DNA of 64,000 nucleotides from Nitrosopumilus sp. (GTDB lineage Archaea; Thermoproteota; Nitrososphaeria; Nitrososphaerales; Nitrosopumilaceae): NCBI GenBank assembly GCA_965219345.1, contig OZ244732.1, positions 544,001 to 608,000 of the forward strand, read 5' to 3'. Shown piece by piece: positions 60,221 to 64,000 of this stretch (position 1 is its first letter; each line of letters starts with the position of its first letter). The notes under the pieces were generated by a model. It saw only the letters and a program-made list of their open reading frames with translations, ran no database searches and was not told where the DNA came from. The position numbers and the translations under genes were made by a program.

Positions 60221-60397
60221 TTTTTTATTTTGCATGTAAGCTGTAATCTGATTTTTCACTTCCTTTTTTTAACACGTCATACCATTGGGGTTGGCACCCC
60301 AAACCCCCCTAAGGAGCATGAAAAACATCAGCCATAGGGGGTCAACGCTTCAGTAGTTTTTTATTTTGCATGTAAGTTGTAATCTGATGGTATGACC
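60221..60397. repeat. 32-bp direct repeats enclosing GC-rich hairpins; candidate replication origin (dso/sso) of the RC element
   Basis: TTTTTTATTTTGCATGTAAG(C/T)TGTAATCTGAT at 60221-60252 and 60357-60388; stems TTGGGGT/ACCCCAA, CCCCCTA/TAGGGGG, GTCATACCAT/ATGGTATGAC. Confidence 0.7.
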
Positions 60398-60493
60398 CAA
60401 AAACACGGTGAGTGACGGTAAGATCCTAACCTACCTACAAACCATCAGAACCAACAAGCACACATAATAAACTATAGATACAAAAAGTCAATT

Positions 60494-61315
60494 ATGAACA
60501 AGTACATCAAAGCCGTACTAATTGTACTTGCATCTATTATCTGTCTTCTTGTAATAATTGGGTTAGCTGCAGGGGTGTATTCAATTGTTGACTCAGAAAG
60601 GCTTGAAGAAGAAAGGCTTGAAGAAGAAAGGCTTGAAGAAGAAAGACTTTACGAAGAAAGACTTTACGAAGAAAGACTTGAAGAAGAGAATCAAAAAACT
60701 GATACGTCTAAAGTGGGTGAACAGGGGTTTTACACGCAACGTGATTTACAACTTGAAGAAGAAAGACTTGAAAAAGAGAATCAAAAAACTGATACGTCTA
60801 AAGAAGAACCAGAAACTTCAGAAGTACGTACATCTACACATGATCCAAGTCTTACCCAAACTGAATATTATGAGAATGGAACTATAGATACTCAAACTCT
60901 ATATGATGAGGACGAAAAGGTGAAATCATATACTTCTTACTTTAGTAATGGAAATATAAAGAGGCAATGGCTATTTGATGAGGACGAAAATTGGAAATCA
61001 TATATTGCTTACTATAGAGATGGAAGTATAGAGGGTCGAGACATATATGATGAGGACGGAATTAGGAAATCAGCTACTTCTTACTATAAAGATGGAAGTA
61101 TAGATAGTCAATGGCTATATGATGAGGACGAAAATATGAAATCAGTTATTGCTTACTATAGAGATGGAAGTATATGGGATCAAACTCTATTTGATGAGGA
61201 CGAAAATTGGAAATCATATACTACATATGATGAGAACGGAAACATCGCAACACAAGTGTGTTCTGATGGCACAGCCAAAGTAACTTGTACTGAAGAACAC
61301 CTAACATCTAGATGA
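60494..61315 (+). CDS. Membrane-anchored protein with EEERL repeats and MORN-variant (YwqK-like) repeats
   Basis: N-terminal TM; 15-bp tandem repeats; five 24-aa YY.DG.I.....YDEDE..KS repeats. Confidence 0.85.
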   Translation: MNKYIKAVLIVLASIICLLVIIGLAAGVYSIVDSERLEEERLEEERLEEERLYEERLYEERLEEENQKTDTSKVGEQGFYTQRDLQLEEERLEKENQKTDTSKEEPETSEVRTSTHDPSLTQTEYYENGTIDTQTLYDEDEKVKSYTSYFSNGNIKRQWLFDEDENWKSYIAYYRDGSIEGRDIYDEDGIRKSATSYYKDGSIDSQWLYDEDENMKSVIAYYRDGSIWDQTLFDEDENWKSYTTYDENGNIATQVCSDGTAKVTCTEEHLTSR

Positions 61316-61353
61316 TTTCCTAAATTAACAATAATTGTACCTTTAACCATTTC

Positions 61354-61768
61354 TTAAAGATCCCAAAAACTTTCAATCTTTTGACTTCCTGCTGATTTTT
61401 GAATCTGTTTCTGCTGTTTCCTGGCTACACTTTTCTTCAAAGTTTCCTGAAGGATCTGTTTCTCTAACCTCATCTTTCTGGTACTGGTGACGGTCTAGGA
61501 ATCATCATAAAAATGATAGTCATAATCAGTGATGTATTCAAGATACGCAAAGTCCGTTAGTCCGATAAATCCAGGTGAAAAGGGTGGGGGTGTGTCCTGG
61601 TATTGTGGCAAGATTCTGACTAGTCCTAGTTCCAACGGACAGTAAGGGCATATTTCTTGCTCAATCTCCTCTTTTGGAAGTTTCAATTTGCTATATGATA
61701 CCGCACCAGTGTAAACGACTGCATGGGTTCCAGGTCAACACCAGCGTGAGTTAAGAGGTATTTGCAAA
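61354..61768 (-). pseudogene. HUH Rep, C-terminal part (motif 3 YLLTH onward)
   Basis: CK-YLLTHAGV/[1-nt shift]PGTHAVVYTGAVSYSKLK...CPYC...DDS*TVTSTRK...QKIESFWDL. Confidence 0.75.
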
Positions 61769-62278
61769 AATCATGGCTTTTTGCCACATGTCCCGTGGTA
61801 GAGATTCTCCAAACCAGACAACATCAGGCCTGAGTATATTTCCACACTTACATAATGGTGGAATCTCAGAAAATTCTGTCATAATTTCATCTTTAAAATC
61901 ACAAACTGAACACTTGATCTTTACAATACTTCCATGTAATTCCAACACCTCTGAGCTACCTGCCTTTTGATGAAGCCCATCAATATTCTGTGTTAAAGCC
62001 ACGACTTTGGTAAATTTTTCAAGTTCAGCAATTGCTTTGTGACCTGGGTTTGGTTGTGCTGCAAGGATATTCTTTCTTCTTTCATCATACCATTCCCAAA
62101 CCAATTTTGGGTTTTCATAAAATGCATCAATTGTAGCTAATTTCATTGCATCATAGTCTCTCCACAGTCCATCTTTTCCTCTGAATGTCGGTATACCACT
62201 TTCTTGTGATATTCCAGCACCTGTTACAAATACAATTTTTTTAATATCTTTAATATGATCTTTAATTAACTCAAACAT
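61760..62278 (-). pseudogene. cobB: Sir2/CobB deacylase, N-terminal fragment
   Basis: TGAGISQESGIPTFRG, TQNIDGLH, ELHG, CxxC..CxC, LRPDVVWFGE; breaks at MIFAN. Confidence 0.93.
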
Positions 62279-62279
62279 T

Positions 62280-63179
62280 TTATTTAATTTCTATTTCTAA
62301 AAGATCTTTTGCAGTTATTACTGAATTATGAATTTCTTGTGCTTCTCTCAAATGCTCACTTTCATCTTTGTATCTAGCTGAAAAATGTGTAAGAACTAAA
62401 TTTTTTACTTTTGCATTTTTTCCTAAAGTCGCAGCTTGCTTTGCGGTGGAATGACATGTATCTTGTGCTCTTTGTTTTTCTTCATCAAGAAATGTAGAAT
62501 CAAATACAAGGTAATCACATTCTTCAAAAAATTTTTCTAATTCTTTAGTAGGCATTGTATCGCCTGAAATTCCTATCTTTTTACCTGAACGTTTTTCTCC
62601 TAATATCTGATCTGGTCTTACTGTTTTTTCATTAATGATAATTTCATTTCCACTTTGTAATTTATTCCACAATTCTCCTTCTGGTATGTCTAATTCCTTA
62701 GCTTTTTCCACATTGAATCTTCCAGGCTTATCTTTTTCTTCAAATAGATATGAAAATGCAGTGACTGAATGATTGGCTTTACATGCATACATTGAAAATT
62801 TTTTATTCTCAAGAATTTTTCCTTCTTTAATAATATTAATTAAAACAGGAAATGATAATCCAAAGTTTAATATTTTTATGTTTGCTGCAATGAATTCATC
62901 AATTCCACTTGGACCAAAAATTTCCAAAGTTTCAGTTCTGTTTTGCATTGACATTGTTTGTAGTAATCCTAGAATTCCTACACAATGATCTCCATGTAGA
63001 TGTGTAACAAAAATTTTCATCTTCTTATTCCATCCCAAACCCGATTTCATATAGAAAATCTGTGCAGCTTCTCCTGCATCAAACATCAAGACCTCCCCTT
63101 CTCTTTCTAAACAAATACAAGACAAGCCTCTATTTTCAGTGGGCTGTGATGCTGATGTTCCTAAGAATACAAGTTTCAT
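62280..63179 (-). CDS. rnz: Ribonuclease Z
   Basis: [31 protein letters not shown]. Confidence 0.95.
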   Translation of the reverse strand: MKLVFLGTSASQPTENRGLSCICLEREGEVLMFDAGEAAQIFYMKSGLGWNKKMKIFVTHLHGDHCVGILGLLQTMSMQNRTETLEIFGPSGIDEFIAANIKILNFGLSFPVLINIIKEGKILENKKFSMYACKANHSVTAFSYLFEEKDKPGRFNVEKAKELDIPEGELWNKLQSGNEIIINEKTVRPDQILGEKRSGKKIGISGDTMPTKELEKFFEECDYLVFDSTFLDEEKQRAQDTCHSTAKQAATLGKNAKVKNLVLTHFSARYKDESEHLREAQEIHNSVITAKDLLEIEIK

Positions 63180-64000
63180 TTAATTAAAATTGTCCTTGTC
63201 AAGCTTTTATGCCTATAGATTTCATATTTCTTTAATCCGTTTAACTTCAAATTACCTTCTAATTCTTTTTTGTACATAATTGCTATTCTCTTGTGTTTAG
63301 GCAGAATTGAAAAAAATTTCTTTAGGATTACTTCAGGTTTTTCTGATGCTTTTGATGCTCTTCCGTATGGCAAGTCGGTGACAATTCCATTAAACTTTCC
63401 AGAAATTTTTGATAATTCTTGAAAATCTGACTTGAAAACTTTTGATTTGTACCCATTTACCGTGAGATTTTCTTTTGAAATCTCATACATTTTTTCATCA
63501 AAATCTAGCCCAATTGCATGGATGCCCATAGATTCAGCCTCTAAAAGAGTTGTACCAGTACCACAAAATGGGTCACATACCGTTTCTCCTTCTTTTAATC
63601 CAGTCAAATTTATCATAACTCTTGTTAGCTTCCGATCTAATTCATGAGGGTGATTTTTGATCTTTTTTGGTCTATTCTCTTCTTTGGCTCGTTTTGAAAA
63701 TCCAAAAAAACTCTCTTCATCTGTAAAAATTAGATATATTGTCATATCGGGATCTGCTAACTTTACTTTTGCATGAGAAAATTTTGAGATCATATCACCC
63801 ATAGATCTTTCTAATTCTGGAATATCCAATTGCTTTGATGATAAATTAATTATTCTGCAAACAAAGGTATTTGCATTTTTTAGCATTTGAAAATTATCCT
63901 CATCTAAAAACAATCCTGACATCTTCCGTAATATTTGTCCAGAAACTTTAACAAACGAAGCACGTTTGGCAATTTCGTTCCAATTTGTTTTAGATTGAAT
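63176..64000 (-). CDS. Trm11/TrmG10-like SAM-dependent tRNA methyltransferase (5' end off window)
   Basis: [20 protein letters not shown]; frame remains open upstream of 63922 to the window edge. Confidence 0.85.
   Translation of the reverse strand: MQSKTNWNEIAKRASFVKVSGQILRKMSGLFLDEDNFQMLKNANTFVCRIINLSSKQLDIPELERSMGDMISKFSHAKVKLADPDMTIYLIFTDEESFFGFSKRAKEENRPKKIKNHPHELDRKLTRVMINLTGLKEGETVCDPFCGTGTTLLEAESMGIHAIGLDFDEKMYEISKENLTVNGYKSKVFKSDFQELSKISGKFNGIVTDLPYGRASKASEKPEVILKKFFSILPKHKRIAIMYKKELEGNLKLNGLKKYEIYRHKSLTRTILIK

Larger units (their letters stand above)
58379..61768. mobile_element. Integrated 3,381-bp rolling-circle replicon (plasmid- or virus-like), no integrase
   Basis: 9-bp direct repeat ATTTGCAAA at 58379-58387 and 61760-61768; excision restores both sir2 and rep reading frames. 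Confidence 0.9.

Noticed and set aside
60860-61240. Regular 72-bp repeats as CRISPR or DGR template
   Set aside because: In-frame 24-aa protein repeats; no spacer structure and no reverse transcriptase in the window.
58169-62278. Sir2 as a Thoeris/DSR-type defence NADase
   Set aside because: Short canonical CobB-type deacylase in a housekeeping context next to rnz; no partner defence genes.
995-63647. Numerous antisense or overlapping ORFs in the track (e.g. 995-1324, 14334-14810, 34179-34586, 60585-60887)
   Set aside because: Shadow frames of well-supported genes with no recognisable motifs.

Overview
This is an AT-rich archaeal chromosome segment. Gene content and order (PolD DP1/DP2, Cdc6/Orc1, GGGP synthase, CdvB/Snf7, TFB, CFI-box-CTERM protein, thermosome) point to a Nitrosopumilus-like ammonia-oxidising archaeon (Nitrososphaerota). 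Most of 1-44.7 kb and 53.7-64 kb is housekeeping, and the cdc6 upstream region (~31.1-31.5 kb) is a probable oriC. Two mobile elements are visible. The first is a decayed ~8.9 kb island integrated at tRNA-Pro(GGG), with 26-bp att repeats, a tyrosine integrase carrying one nonsense codon, an active/degenerate PRTase pair, and TPR, DUF2130-like, GHKL ATPase and RusA genes or remnants. The second is a 3,381-bp integrase-less rolling-circle (HUH Rep) replicon inserted in the Sir2/CobB gene. Its 9-bp crossover splits both sir2 and its own rep at the predicted catalytic Tyr, and the crossover coincides with one arm of an 18-bp inverted repeat. Also notable are dense GTTAAC and ATCAC motif arrays flanking the origin next to winged-helix genes (one membrane-anchored), and an unannotated structured-RNA candidate at ~10.13-10.26 kb. 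All family assignments are by motif recognition; no database search was run.
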